From an uncultured bacterium (GTDB taxonomy: Bacteria; Patescibacteriota; Minisyncoccia; Phycocordibacterales; UBA2100): a stretch of 59,449 bases of DNA. The notes under the pieces were generated by a model that saw only the letters and a program-made list of their open reading frames with translations, ran no database searches and was not told where the DNA came from. The stretch spans positions 1 through 59,449 of the forward strand of contig CAINVT010000058.1 in the NCBI GenBank assembly GCA_903854215.1. Direction: 5' to 3'. Shown here piece after piece: positions 27,826-37,644 of the stretch (position 1 is the stretch's first letter; every line of letters begins with the position of its first letter). The position numbers and the translations under genes are program-made.

Positions 27826-28226
27826 ACCTGTTTGTCTTGAGACTCATTAAATATGAGATGCTGGTAAATGAAAAAGCTCGATACCGCAACGATCACGCTC
27901 GCAAGTATCTGTGCAAGCACGTACCACACGCCGAGATACTCGACCGCCACATATACGATACCGGTGTTCAAAAGAAGATTGAATATTGCGACTCCAAAGT
28001 AACGTGTCATTTGGTGCGTCATCGTGCCGGGAGTATTTTGTTCGAACGTCCACGTACGCTGAAGGTAAAAGCTCACGAAGAACGATGTGATGAACGCGCA
28101 CACAGAAGACGCGAGGTACCACACGCCGAGAAAGTGCGTCAGCAAGAAAAGGGTACCGATGTTCACGACCGCTCCGGTACTTCCCGAAATGATGTAACGT
28201 GCTGCCTTGGGTAGAGCTACGGTCAT
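27822..28226 (-). CDS. GtrA family flippase
   Basis: RYIISG, QRTWTF, four short TM helices. Confidence 0.88.
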   Translation of the reverse strand: MTVALPKAARYIISGSTGAVVNIGTLFLLTHFLGVWYLASSVCAFITSFFVSFYLQRTWTFEQNTPGTMTHQMTRYFGVAIFNLLLNTGIVYVAVEYLGVWYVLAQILASVIVAVSSFFIYQHLIFNESQDKQV

Positions 28227-28227
28227 A

Positions 28228-29367
28228 CTAGTGTGCGATGAACGCAAGGATGCGCGCCGCGCGATTCTGCCAGGTATATTGATCGACATCCTCGCGCGCC
28301 TGTGCCGCGCAGACTTCCGCCTGTGCCGGATCATTGAGAAGTGTTTGTATCGCACCGGCGATCGCCTGCGGATCACCCGGCGGCACGATGACCGCATTCT
28401 GTTCGGTCAAGACCTCGCGAATCGTCGGCAAATCGGATGCAATGATCGGCCTGCCGCTTGCCATATATTCGAACATCTTCACCGGCGACATATGGTTGCG
28501 ATAATGCGGCGTGTCCGGGAACGGCATGAGGAGAACGTCGGCAGCTTGCTGATACCGCGCAAGTGTCGTTTGCGATGAATGTCCAAAAAGAAGCACGCGC
28601 TCGTCGACCCTCTGCTGCGCTGCGAGTGCACGATACCGCGCAATATCCGGATCCGCACCACCGACCGCAGCGAATAGGACGTCCGGAATTTCTTTGAGTG
28701 CCAGAATGATGTCGGTAATACCTTTGTCCGCTCCCATTGTCGTGAAATTTCCTGTATAGAGCACGATCTTCGCATCCGGCGGAAGCGAGAGTTCACGGCG
28801 TGCTTGCGACTTCTCTACTTTGTTTCCGAAGATTCCGACATCTACGCCGCTCGGTGCCACCATGATGTTCGCAGCTTCGAATCCTTCCGCCACGAATGCT
28901 AGTTTCAAGGCATCTGAGATCGTAATAATATGTCGCGCGTGGCGGCAACGGCGAAAGAATGCCGCTCGATTATTCGAGATGAGGTGACACTCATAGACGA
29001 CCGAGAATCCGATGCGAGAGAACAGCTCGATGAGCGGAACATCACGCGTGTAGATCACCGTATTTTTCCGACTCCGGAAAAGCATGTAGAAAAAGGCACT
29101 TGCATAGAAACTCACGATGCGAAGCGCGAACATCATACGTCCGCCGTTAATCCGCAAAAAATCGAGCACAAAAAGATGTCGAACGTTGAATACGTGTGCG
29201 ACGTGATACCGTTCAAAAATATCTCCCCGTTCATGCGTCGTGAGCGAGGGCATGACGAGTGTCACTTCGGCGCCGCCCACCGCGAATGATTCGCACGAAC
29301 GTACGATCGTAAGACCGTACGCTTTGTCGGTCGGCATACGTGTGTGAACGATGTAGAAAATTTTCAT
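28228..29367 (-). CDS. glycosyltransferase family 4
   Basis: APSGVD, KGI, SPVKMFEYMASGRPII. Confidence 0.9.
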   Translation of the reverse strand: MKIFYIVHTRMPTDKAYGLTIVRSCESFAVGGAEVTLVMPSLTTHERGDIFERYHVAHVFNVRHLFVLDFLRINGGRMMFALRIVSFYASAFFYMLFRSRKNTVIYTRDVPLIELFSRIGFSVVYECHLISNNRAAFFRRCRHARHIITISDALKLAFVAEGFEAANIMVAPSGVDVGIFGNKVEKSQARRELSLPPDAKIVLYTGNFTTMGADKGITDIILALKEIPDVLFAAVGGADPDIARYRALAAQQRVDERVLLFGHSSQTTLARYQQAADVLLMPFPDTPHYRNHMSPVKMFEYMASGRPIIASDLPTIREVLTEQNAVIVPPGDPQAIAGAIQTLLNDPAQAEVCAAQAREDVDQYTWQNRAARILAFIAH

Positions 29368-29401
29368 AGCACCGGCGTGGTCTCATTGAGACAACAGCAC
29401 A

Positions 29402-30433
29402 TTACGACGTCTGATGCTTCAACGCGTCATAATCGCTCTTGACCATCATCTCGACGAGTTGGTCGAACGAAACTTTCGGTTTCCACCCGAGCTCGCGTCG
29501 CGCTTTGCGCGCATCTCCAAGAAGCTGATGCACCTCATGTGGGCGATAGAATTCCGGATCAACCGCAATGATGACTTTACCACCTGTATCTCTACCGACT
29601 TCACTTTTTCCCTTTCCTTTCCAGGTGATGTGCATATCAAGTGCTGTCGCAGCCGCGTCGACGAAATCACGCACCGTGCGTGTCTCCCCCGTCGCTATCA
29701 CATAATCATGCGGTTTTTGTTGCTGAAGGATGAGACGCATCACCTCGACATAGTCCCCCGCATATCCCCAATCGCGCTTCGCCTCCAGATTGCCGAGCAG
29801 AAGTTTCTCTTGGAGACCAAGTTTGATCTTCGCGAGCGAATGGGTGATCTTACGCGTGACAAAATGTTTGCCGCGACGCGGCGATTCGTGATTGAAGAGA
29901 ATACCGGAAGCAGCGAAGAGTCCGTACTTTTCTCGATAGCCGACGATGAATTCTTCATGCGCCTTGAGCTTGGACTCGGCGTAGGGCGAGACCGGCGCAA
30001 ACGGTGACCGTTCATTCTGCGGCGGCAGTGTCGCACCGAACATTTCACTCGTGGATGCCTGGTAGATCCGTACATCTTTGTTGACCCGCATCGCTTCGTT
30101 GACCACGCGCCCCACGCCATAATAATTCGTATCCCATGTCTCGTCGGGCACTTTGAATGAGACCCATACATGCGACTGCGCCGCGAGATTGTAGACCTCG
30201 TCGGGACGCACCTCCTCCATCACCATACGAACAGTGCTTAAGTCGCGCACGTTGCCGTACACATACGAGAGTTTCTTCGCCAGATGAAGATCTTCGATAT
30301 ATGGCGGCGGCCCAGCGCTTGTGCGACGCAAAAGCCCGTACACATCGTATCCCTTATCGAACAAGAGTTCGGCAAGATACGAGCCGTCTTGCCCGGAGAT
30401 CCCCGTGATAAGCGCCCGTTTCTTCTTTGCCAT
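29402..30433 (-). CDS. gmd: GDP-mannose 4,6-dehydratase
   Basis: ITGISGQDGSYLAE, YNLAAQSHV, QASTSE, GILFNHESPRRG..FVTRKIT, RDWG. Confidence 0.96.
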   Translation of the reverse strand: MAKKKRALITGISGQDGSYLAELLFDKGYDVYGLLRRTSAGPPPYIEDLHLAKKLSYVYGNVRDLSTVRMVMEEVRPDEVYNLAAQSHVWVSFKVPDETWDTNYYGVGRVVNEAMRVNKDVRIYQASTSEMFGATLPPQNERSPFAPVSPYAESKLKAHEEFIVGYREKYGLFAASGILFNHESPRRGKHFVTRKITHSLAKIKLGLQEKLLLGNLEAKRDWGYAGDYVEVMRLILQQQKPHDYVIATGETRTVRDFVDAAATALDMHITWKGKGKSEVGRDTGGKVIIAVDPEFYRPHEVHQLLGDARKARRELGWKPKVSFDQLVEMMVKSDYDALKHQTS

Positions 30434-30486
30434 AATGAGCTGAATAGTAACAAGAAGCCGCCTTATTTCCTATATCTCATCTATTT

Positions 30487-31404
30487 TTAGTATGTGATCC
30501 CCAGAGACCGTTTCAATTCAGCCACGCCGTCATCGAATGAGACCGCGGGTTTCCACGCGAGAAGTTTTTCCGCACGGCTGACATCCGCACATGAGCGCGC
30601 TGGCTCGGTACGTGGTGCAACATACTCCACCGGACCACCGATCTGTTCTGCAATAGCAAGGACCGACGTTTCGCGACCCGTTCCTATGTTGATGACTTCA
30701 CCATGCCCGACGTTCATGGACTCCGCCGCGAGCATATTCGCGCGAGCGACATCACGCACATGCACATAGTCGCGCGTATGTTTCCCGTCTCCCGCAATGA
30801 GAAGAGGCTTACCAGCAAGACGTAAAGAAAGAAATTTTCCTACGACAAGTCCATAGGGACCCTCCGCATCGAAGCGTGGTCCATACACATTGAAGTACCG
30901 CAGAGACACCGTCGAGAGTCCATACAACTCCGCCCAGAGGCGACACGCATTTTCGGAAACATATTTTTGAAATGCGTAGGGACTCATCGGATGCGCAGGC
31001 ATGTCTTCTTGCAGTGGCGATGTTTCTTGGTCTCCATACACCGATGCGGAGGTCGCGAGGACGACCCGCTTCACATGCGCCGTATGCGCCGCTTCCAAGA
31101 CCGATATCGTGCCGCCGGCATTCACCTCAAATGTCTCTTGCGGATTTTGTATTGAATATTCGACACGCGGCAGCGCCGCTTCGTGGAAGACATATGCTGC
31201 GTCTTTGAAGATCGGAGTGAGTGCGCCTGTGTCGCGAACATCGATCTCGTGATAGATCGCTTTCGTATGCATACGATCCGCACGTCGACCGGCAACGAAC
31301 GTATCAACGACATGCGTTTCGTATCCGCGCTCAAGAAGCATCTCGACAATATGTGATCCTATGAACCCCGCTCCGCCAGTGACGACTGCTTTTGTCTGAC
31401 TCAT
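30487..31404 (-). CDS. NAD-dependent sugar epimerase/dehydratase
   Basis: VTGGAGFIGSH, SPYAFQK (YxxxK), LRYFNVYGP, RDYVHV. Confidence 0.92.
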   Translation of the reverse strand: MSQTKAVVTGGAGFIGSHIVEMLLERGYETHVVDTFVAGRRADRMHTKAIYHEIDVRDTGALTPIFKDAAYVFHEAALPRVEYSIQNPQETFEVNAGGTISVLEAAHTAHVKRVVLATSASVYGDQETSPLQEDMPAHPMSPYAFQKYVSENACRLWAELYGLSTVSLRYFNVYGPRFDAEGPYGLVVGKFLSLRLAGKPLLIAGDGKHTRDYVHVRDVARANMLAAESMNVGHGEVINIGTGRETSVLAIAEQIGGPVEYVAPRTEPARSCADVSRAEKLLAWKPAVSFDDGVAELKRSLGITY

Positions 31405-31436
31405 GTAAAAATAATAACCTGAAAGTATCAAGAAAA

Positions 31437-32594
31437 CTACGGCGTTGTGAGGAGATCAAGATACAATACTGCAGTATTTGAAGCGGTCCTTTCCCAAGAA
31501 AATTCCCGTGCACGAGATAATCCCTTTTCGATGAGTTCTTTTTGTAGCGTTTCATCTGTAAGAAGTGCTCGTATCTTTGCTGCAATGTCGGATACATTTG
31601 TCGGGTCAACAATGAGTGCGGCATCGCCTGCAATTTCCGGCATTGAGGTAACATTCGATGTAATGACCGGCGTCCCCGATGCAAATGCTTCAACAATCGG
31701 AAGACCAAAACCCTCGTTCAAAGACGGGAACACAAAAAGTTCTGCAGCAGAATACAGCGCATTCAGATCTTCTTGTGCGACGTAATTAATAAAAATGATA
31801 TCATCGGGTTTTGGCGAATTTCGAACCTCCGCCTGCGCTACCCCAAATGCTTGGTGCATATTTCCCACAATAACTAATGTGGGAAGTTGCACTCCTTCGA
31901 CCTGGAGGGATACGTACGCACGGATAAGCGCAGGAATATTTTTGTGCACAACGTGCCGAGATATGTCGAGTATGAATTCATCATTTATACCGTATCGCTC
32001 TTTAATCTGTGCACGTGCGATATCTTTATTGATCATCTGATACGATTCACCGCCGCCGAGATAAATAGTACGAACCCGATCACGGGCAGCATGATAGTAC
32101 TCAACGATCTCTTCTTTGCCGAATTGTGAATCGGCGATGATCGCAGAAACCGCAGCGTTACAGTGTTTCAAAATAAAATTGAATATATGACGCGAAGGGG
32201 GAAATTGACCGCCCGCAGTGATGTCACCGGCACCGTGCGCCGTCACGACAATATGCGTGGCCGGTGCCAACCAGAAGAACGGATAGAGCCGCGGCTGGAA
32301 CCAATGGATGATATCGAAACGGTTTTTGCGATATTTCCAGAAGAACAGCATCGTGCGTACGAACCGAGTTGCGACCGGTAACTTCAATTCCGGCATTATG
32401 ATTTCGTGTGCACGTTTATAGATCGGATCGTCCACCCGATCAAAGTGAACCAAATACCATTCAAACCGATCATCTTCCAAAAGATTCTCAATGAGCTTGC
32501 GCGTATAGAGTGCCGTGCCTTTTGCCGGACGATTATCCATCGCATAACTCATGAGCGCGACTCTGACCTTACCTTGCCTATCGTTCGTTTTCAT
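31437..32594 (-). CDS. glycosyltransferase family 4 (mannosyltransferase-like)
   Basis: HKNI, FPSLNEGFGLPIVEAFASGTPVI. Confidence 0.92.
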   Translation of the reverse strand: MKTNDRQGKVRVALMSYAMDNRPAKGTALYTRKLIENLLEDDRFEWYLVHFDRVDDPIYKRAHEIIMPELKLPVATRFVRTMLFFWKYRKNRFDIIHWFQPRLYPFFWLAPATHIVVTAHGAGDITAGGQFPPSRHIFNFILKHCNAAVSAIIADSQFGKEEIVEYYHAARDRVRTIYLGGGESYQMINKDIARAQIKERYGINDEFILDISRHVVHKNIPALIRAYVSLQVEGVQLPTLVIVGNMHQAFGVAQAEVRNSPKPDDIIFINYVAQEDLNALYSAAELFVFPSLNEGFGLPIVEAFASGTPVITSNVTSMPEIAGDAALIVDPTNVSDIAAKIRALLTDETLQKELIEKGLSRAREFSWERTASNTAVLYLDLLTTP

Positions 32595-32722
32595 ATACTC
32601 GCAATCCGCATCGAATGAGGATACCATTTAAAATCAAGAAATATAAAAAATCAGTTAAATGATAACTTATTCATATATGAAGCTATTCCAACATTAGACC
32701 AACAATGGGGTATAATTACTTT

Positions 32723-33514
32723 ATGAGAAGCATGAAAGATTGGGTGTTTGAGGCAGTACGAAAAACTGGTTACCCGCTTGTATTTACAGATAATTATGGG
32801 ATCCGATCAATTCTCTATAGATGGAATGGGACTCCGACATGGAAACTGCGCGGCAAATACCACATGGCGAAAGAGTTTGCCGCATTCAAGAAACTTATTC
32901 CTGGGGGTGGAGTAGTGCTAGATGTCGGTGCGAACATCGGAGTCCATGCCATCATGATGAGCCGTCTCGCAAAAAAAGTATACTCATTCGAGCCCACTGG
33001 AGAGTCATTCCAACATCTGAAAGAAAACATTGCACTTAATAATGCAGATAACATCACCCCCATACTAAAGGCCGTATCGTCGAAAAACGGGACCGCGACT
33101 TTTCATCTTTTTTCTTCGGAAAATGCGGAGTGGAATTCTCTCCGGTATCGCGAAACGCCTTCTGTAAAACCTGCGACTGAACGGACTGTTTCCACTATCA
33201 CCCTCGATACGTTTGCGGAAGAACAAGGCCTGGAGTTTATTGATTTCGTCAAAATAGATGTTGAGGGAGCAGAAAAAGAAGTACTCATGGGAGCATCGAA
33301 TTTACTAAAGAAGCATTCAATAAAGGCACTCTCCTTTGAGGTTTGGGGAGAAAATCAAGGAGGAAAAACTTCTGTTGATGAATTGATTGGCATATTTGAA
33401 TCGTTCAAATATACGGTTTGCGACTATGATCAAAAAGAAGATTCATTTCAGACGCTGTCACGCCCATACACTTCACAATTAAACAACGATAACCTATACG
33501 CCTTTCCTAACTGA
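32723..33514 (+). CDS. FkbM family methyltransferase
   Basis: LDVGANIG, SFEP, KIDVEGAE; TATAAT 6 nt before ATG at 32723. Confidence 0.92.
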   Translation: MRSMKDWVFEAVRKTGYPLVFTDNYGIRSILYRWNGTPTWKLRGKYHMAKEFAAFKKLIPGGGVVLDVGANIGVHAIMMSRLAKKVYSFEPTGESFQHLKENIALNNADNITPILKAVSSKNGTATFHLFSSENAEWNSLRYRETPSVKPATERTVSTITLDTFAEEQGLEFIDFVKIDVEGAEKEVLMGASNLLKKHSIKALSFEVWGENQGGKTSVDELIGIFESFKYTVCDYDQKEDSFQTLSRPYTSQLNNDNLYAFPN

Positions 33515-33603
33515 GTCGCAAAGTGAATCCCTTGATGGCGGTCCGTCGGCCGTTGATCTTATGGCAAAAAAACATTTGTGCTCTTACGTTTCCGACAATC
33601 ATA

Positions 33604-34728
33604 CTACGAATCCGCCGAATTGAACGAATCGTGCCCCGACGATTCCGCGACGGACCGCAAAAGTGTATCAACATGGCGTGTGATAGAAAAACGCGTAATC
33701 TCTGTCTCGCCGGCGTGCAGTAATCGGAATCGCAGTTGCGGATCGGTGTTCATTCGATTCATGGCTCGGACAAGCGAATCGACATCACCTATAGGAACGA
33801 TGAGTCCCGACACACCATCGTTCACCACTTCACGCGCAGCACCAAAATCCGAGACGATGATTGGTAGACCGGACGCCATTGCCTCAAAGAGTACGATTCC
33901 AACACCTTCCCAACGCGACGGAAGCACAAAACAATCCACTGTTTTCATCAACGCGGGAATATCGTCGCGCGCGCCCAAAAAAGTAACCCGTGAGTCGATG
34001 CCGAGCGCATGCGACCGTTCTTCAAGTGCAGCTCGTTCAACGCCGTCTCCTGCAATGAGAAGATGTGCATCGGCAACACGCGCAAATGCATTGAGGAGAA
34101 TGTCTACGCCTTTTTGGTGTATCAGGCGCCCGACAAAAAGAAAAAGGAAGGTGTCTCCGAGATTTTTTTCACGGCGCACATTGGACGGTACGACATCATG
34201 AAAACGATTCAAATCTATACCGTTCTCGATGACGACGATGCGTCGTGCATCAATGTTGTGGATAATGAGCGACTCACGCACAGCTTGTGATACGGCGACG
34301 ATGCGTGTCGAGAGCCGCTGCAGGATGCGATCCAGAAAAAATTGCCGTTTCGTTTTTACGTTATCGTACACATTGTGCTCGAAAGAAATGCGCACGGGGA
34401 TGCGGGCAAGGAAAGCCGCCGCCCGCGCGATTGCATTCGCGAACCACAGATGGCTTACTACGACAGAGAATTTTTCACGATGCAGAAAAGATGCGAGGAC
34501 GACGTAGCCGCGCACATCATACACAGAATGAATTGGAATATAACGACGCTGTTCGGTCGGAAGTATGCACAGATCCGTAAAACTCCCGGCTTTCCGTTCC
34601 GGTCGGAGCGTTATCAGCACGACCGGTACACCGCGACGATACAGTTCGTTGACCTCGTCGACTGCGAGACGTTCCGCTCCGCCGAAACCAAGGTTGTTTA
34701 TGATAACTGCGATACGCATAGTATTCAT
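33604..34728 (-). CDS. glycosyltransferase family 4
   Basis: GGAER, IENGID, VGRLIHQKG, PSRWEG..FEAMASGLP. Confidence 0.92.
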   Translation of the reverse strand: MNTMRIAVIINNLGFGGAERLAVDEVNELYRRGVPVVLITLRPERKAGSFTDLCILPTEQRRYIPIHSVYDVRGYVVLASFLHREKFSVVVSHLWFANAIARAAAFLARIPVRISFEHNVYDNVKTKRQFFLDRILQRLSTRIVAVSQAVRESLIIHNIDARRIVVIENGIDLNRFHDVVPSNVRREKNLGDTFLFLFVGRLIHQKGVDILLNAFARVADAHLLIAGDGVERAALEERSHALGIDSRVTFLGARDDIPALMKTVDCFVLPSRWEGVGIVLFEAMASGLPIIVSDFGAAREVVNDGVSGLIVPIGDVDSLVRAMNRMNTDPQLRFRLLHAGETEITRFSITRHVDTLLRSVAESSGHDSFNSADS

Positions 34729-34729
34729 T

Positions 34730-35788
34730 TCATCGCTCAAATAAATCACCGATCTTGTCGGCCAAAAGTGCAAGCGAATGTTCCTGTTCGATGAACGCGC
34801 GGTTGTGCTTCCCCGCTTCCGAAAGTTCTTCCGGAGTACGTGCGAATGCCGCTGTAAGGGCGCGGGCGACGCCTGTGGCGTCGCCCGCAAAAAAGTCGTC
34901 TCCAATCACCTCACGCACCGCATCATTTGCGACGACGACGATACAGCCGCACGCCATCGCCTCGCCGATCGTCTTATCGAACGAGCCCGACGGCGTGAGG
35001 TTCACATAGATCTGATGTGCACCGTAAATCTTCGGCGTATCTTCATTGCGAACGGACGGATAGAGTGTCACGTAGCCGTTCTCGACGAGCGATTGTGCCG
35101 CATCTGTAAAACGCTTGAAATACGGGTCGTCAGGATAGGTCGGATCGCCATAGATATCAGCATGGAAGTCGATATGTTGATCAACGAGCATATTGAGCGC
35201 ATTGAGAAATTCGATCGGCTTTTTTACCTCGTCGATGCGGCCGAGAAAAAGGATCGAACCTGTCGGAGGTGCGACCTCCGGTGGAACGAATCGCTCCGTA
35301 TCAATACCGATGGGCATTTGTTCTGCATTTTTGAAATGCGCCACGTATGCGGCCGACGAGGTGTAACACACCGTATTCGCGAGCACACCGACAAGCCGCG
35401 TCATCCATGACCCTTTCTTATGATTACGCCAGAGGATGATTTTCTTTCCGGATAATCTCCAAAAAATACCACCGAGTAATACATACTCTTGATTCATGTG
35501 TACAAAAACTGCATCGTAATTGCGGCGCAAATTCCAAATATATCTATAGAAAAAAAACAGATACTGTATTCGCACCAGCATTTTTCTGAAAGCTGACAGC
35601 TGACAGCTGACAGCTGTCTTCCCCAACGAATGCACCTGCACATTCGACGGAAGATGCATCCGTCCCCGCTTAAGACAGATCACCTCGATCGATTGATAAC
35701 GCGGCGCAAGCACTTCGATCCAGCGATGCATGAATCCCAAGACGGGATCGTCGAGGTCGACCGCCTGGGTTGTTATGAGAAGCCGCAT
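34730..35788 (-). CDS. glycosyltransferase family 4
   Basis: LGRIDEVK, GSFDKTIGEAMACG. Confidence 0.88.
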   Translation of the reverse strand: MRLLITTQAVDLDDPVLGFMHRWIEVLAPRYQSIEVICLKRGRMHLPSNVQVHSLGKTAVSCQLSAFRKMLVRIQYLFFFYRYIWNLRRNYDAVFVHMNQEYVLLGGIFWRLSGKKIILWRNHKKGSWMTRLVGVLANTVCYTSSAAYVAHFKNAEQMPIGIDTERFVPPEVAPPTGSILFLGRIDEVKKPIEFLNALNMLVDQHIDFHADIYGDPTYPDDPYFKRFTDAAQSLVENGYVTLYPSVRNEDTPKIYGAHQIYVNLTPSGSFDKTIGEAMACGCIVVVANDAVREVIGDDFFAGDATGVARALTAAFARTPEELSEAGKHNRAFIEQEHSLALLADKIGDLFER

Positions 35789-35792
35789 AGGC

Positions 35793-36794
35793 TTATTTTC
35801 TCACATGTCTGACGGCCTTTTTTGCAGTTTTCCGGACATTCTTTTTGACGGATTTTTTAGCCTTCGACTTTCGCTTCAAGATATCTTTGCCGTATACACC
35901 CGAAAGCAGGTCGAGATCTTTTTTACTGCCGAGAAGAAGCTCGATATTCATATTTTTCATCGCGTCGATGAGCTTCATGCCGTGTTCGTCGCCCACGTTC
36001 TCCGCGAAAAGCCGCGAGAACGTCTCGAAATCCTTGATATGGCAGTCGCCGCCGATGCCGCGGCCTGACGAATGCGCCGGCTCGATGTGCCATTTGGCGA
36101 TGACCGGATCCTGGAACGCGATCATCGGATCGCGAATGATCATTTCCTTGATGTGCGTCCAATCGACATCGAGCTCTTGTGCGATGTCATACAAAAGATT
36201 CATGTAGATCGAACGCGCGAAGAGCGACGTGTTGTGAACGTATTTGAAAAATTCCGCCGTCTGCGCCGGCACGATGATCGACGGCGCTTCCGGTAGGATC
36301 GAGAGCAGGCGCTCTGCCCGCGTGCGATATTCCTCGTTGTCGACGGGAATACCGATGATGTTCTGCAACGGGTGAGATGCATCATACGCAGCCGTGCCGC
36401 GCGAAAGGAATTCCGGCGAGTGCATGACGAAGATATCCGGATATTGTTTTTGGAATGAGTGCGTCGTGCCGGGCTTCAAGGTCGATTTCACCACCGCCGT
36501 CTTTCCGTTGCCCACATGTTTCAAAACGCCGCGTGCGATCGAGTCATCAAATCCTTCGATCGTAGTCGGCGTCGGCACCGCGATGAAAACGATATCCGCC
36601 TCTTTAATCTTGCTTTCGTTTTGCCGATACGGTTCTTCGAGCGCGAAGCGGATCGTCTCAAAACCGCGCTTCTCGAAATCCCCCGCGTAGTTCTTGCCGA
36701 TCCATCCCTGGCCGATGAAACCAATGACCGGCTTCTTCTGGCCGTTCTTCACTGTTTTTTTCGCCGTCTTTTTTGTTGTTTTAGTCGCAACCAT
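35793..36794 (-). CDS. UDP-glucose/GDP-mannose dehydrogenase family protein (short form, Lys-rich termini)
   Basis: GFIGQGWIG, FIAVPTP, KST..PGTT, SPEFL, GGDCHIKD with the catalytic Cys position. Confidence 0.88.
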   Translation of the reverse strand: MVATKTTKKTAKKTVKNGQKKPVIGFIGQGWIGKNYAGDFEKRGFETIRFALEEPYRQNESKIKEADIVFIAVPTPTTIEGFDDSIARGVLKHVGNGKTAVVKSTLKPGTTHSFQKQYPDIFVMHSPEFLSRGTAAYDASHPLQNIIGIPVDNEEYRTRAERLLSILPEAPSIIVPAQTAEFFKYVHNTSLFARSIYMNLLYDIAQELDVDWTHIKEMIIRDPMIAFQDPVIAKWHIEPAHSSGRGIGGDCHIKDFETFSRLFAENVGDEHGMKLIDAMKNMNIELLLGSKKDLDLLSGVYGKDILKRKSKAKKSVKKNVRKTAKKAVRHVRK

Positions 36795-36919
36795 AGATTC
36801 CGCATTATGCTTCTTTGGCTTAATTTATGCAAGAATCGACGTTGACATATTCATAAAAAGGTTTATTATATTGATTCGATCTTTGATTAAATACGACCCA
36901 TATAAGGAAAGGTTTGCCA

Positions 36920-37606
36920 ATGTCGAACAGACTCGCACACACAGTCGATGTCGTGTGCGGCTTTGCATTCGACATCGAAAAGACCGACGATCCACAACGT
37001 CCGAGCGGTTTTAAGCCCGCTGAAGTTCATCTGGGATCAATCGAACTGAACCCTCTTTACGCGCAACCTCGACTTGAAGGCTTGGCCGCAATGCTACGCC
37101 TTGGTTTCTGTCGAATGCTCGTAATCCCCGGAAAAGACGAGAGGCGCTATAAGGACGAAACTATTGTGATCGACGGCAAGCCACCGAAGTACTGGCAGGG
37201 GTGGGTAATTCGGGAAATGCTCATCCATGATCTTTCTGCAGATCCATCGAAAATACACTGGCTGCCTTCGACGGGCACGACTGGTAATGCGGCGATCGCT
37301 TTCTGTGAATTCGCTCGATGGGAACACCTCTCGATCGAGGAAGGAAAGGTGGAGTTTGTCACGAGTTGGTATCACTGCACGCGAGCCGGCCGAATCGCAT
37401 TGCGATCAGCCGGGCTGCCTCCATTTTTGACTCCTGCTGAGGCGTTCACGTTGGCCGAAGCGGAATTGGACGGAACGCGTGATGCGGCCGAACAGCGACT
37501 GCGGTCATTCGGCGGCCACTACCTCGATCCACGGGTCATCCAAGAAATTCGTGGCATAGCAATGTTCTTACTTGGAAAAGATCAGCCCCAGATGAAGGGT
37601 TGGTGA
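36920..37606 (+). CDS. YdcF/ElyC (DUF218)-like protein
   Basis: RLEG..LVIPG..STGTTGNA..FVTSWYHCTRA; SD AAGGAAAGG, TTGACA promoter, terminator at 37621-37642. Confidence 0.65.
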   Translation: MSNRLAHTVDVVCGFAFDIEKTDDPQRPSGFKPAEVHLGSIELNPLYAQPRLEGLAAMLRLGFCRMLVIPGKDERRYKDETIVIDGKPPKYWQGWVIREMLIHDLSADPSKIHWLPSTGTTGNAAIAFCEFARWEHLSIEEGKVEFVTSWYHCTRAGRIALRSAGLPPFLTPAEAFTLAEAELDGTRDAAEQRLRSFGGHYLDPRVIQEIRGIAMFLLGKDQPQMKGW

Positions 37607-37644
37607 CCGACACTCCGAAAGGCCGCGACGCGAGTCGCGGCCCT

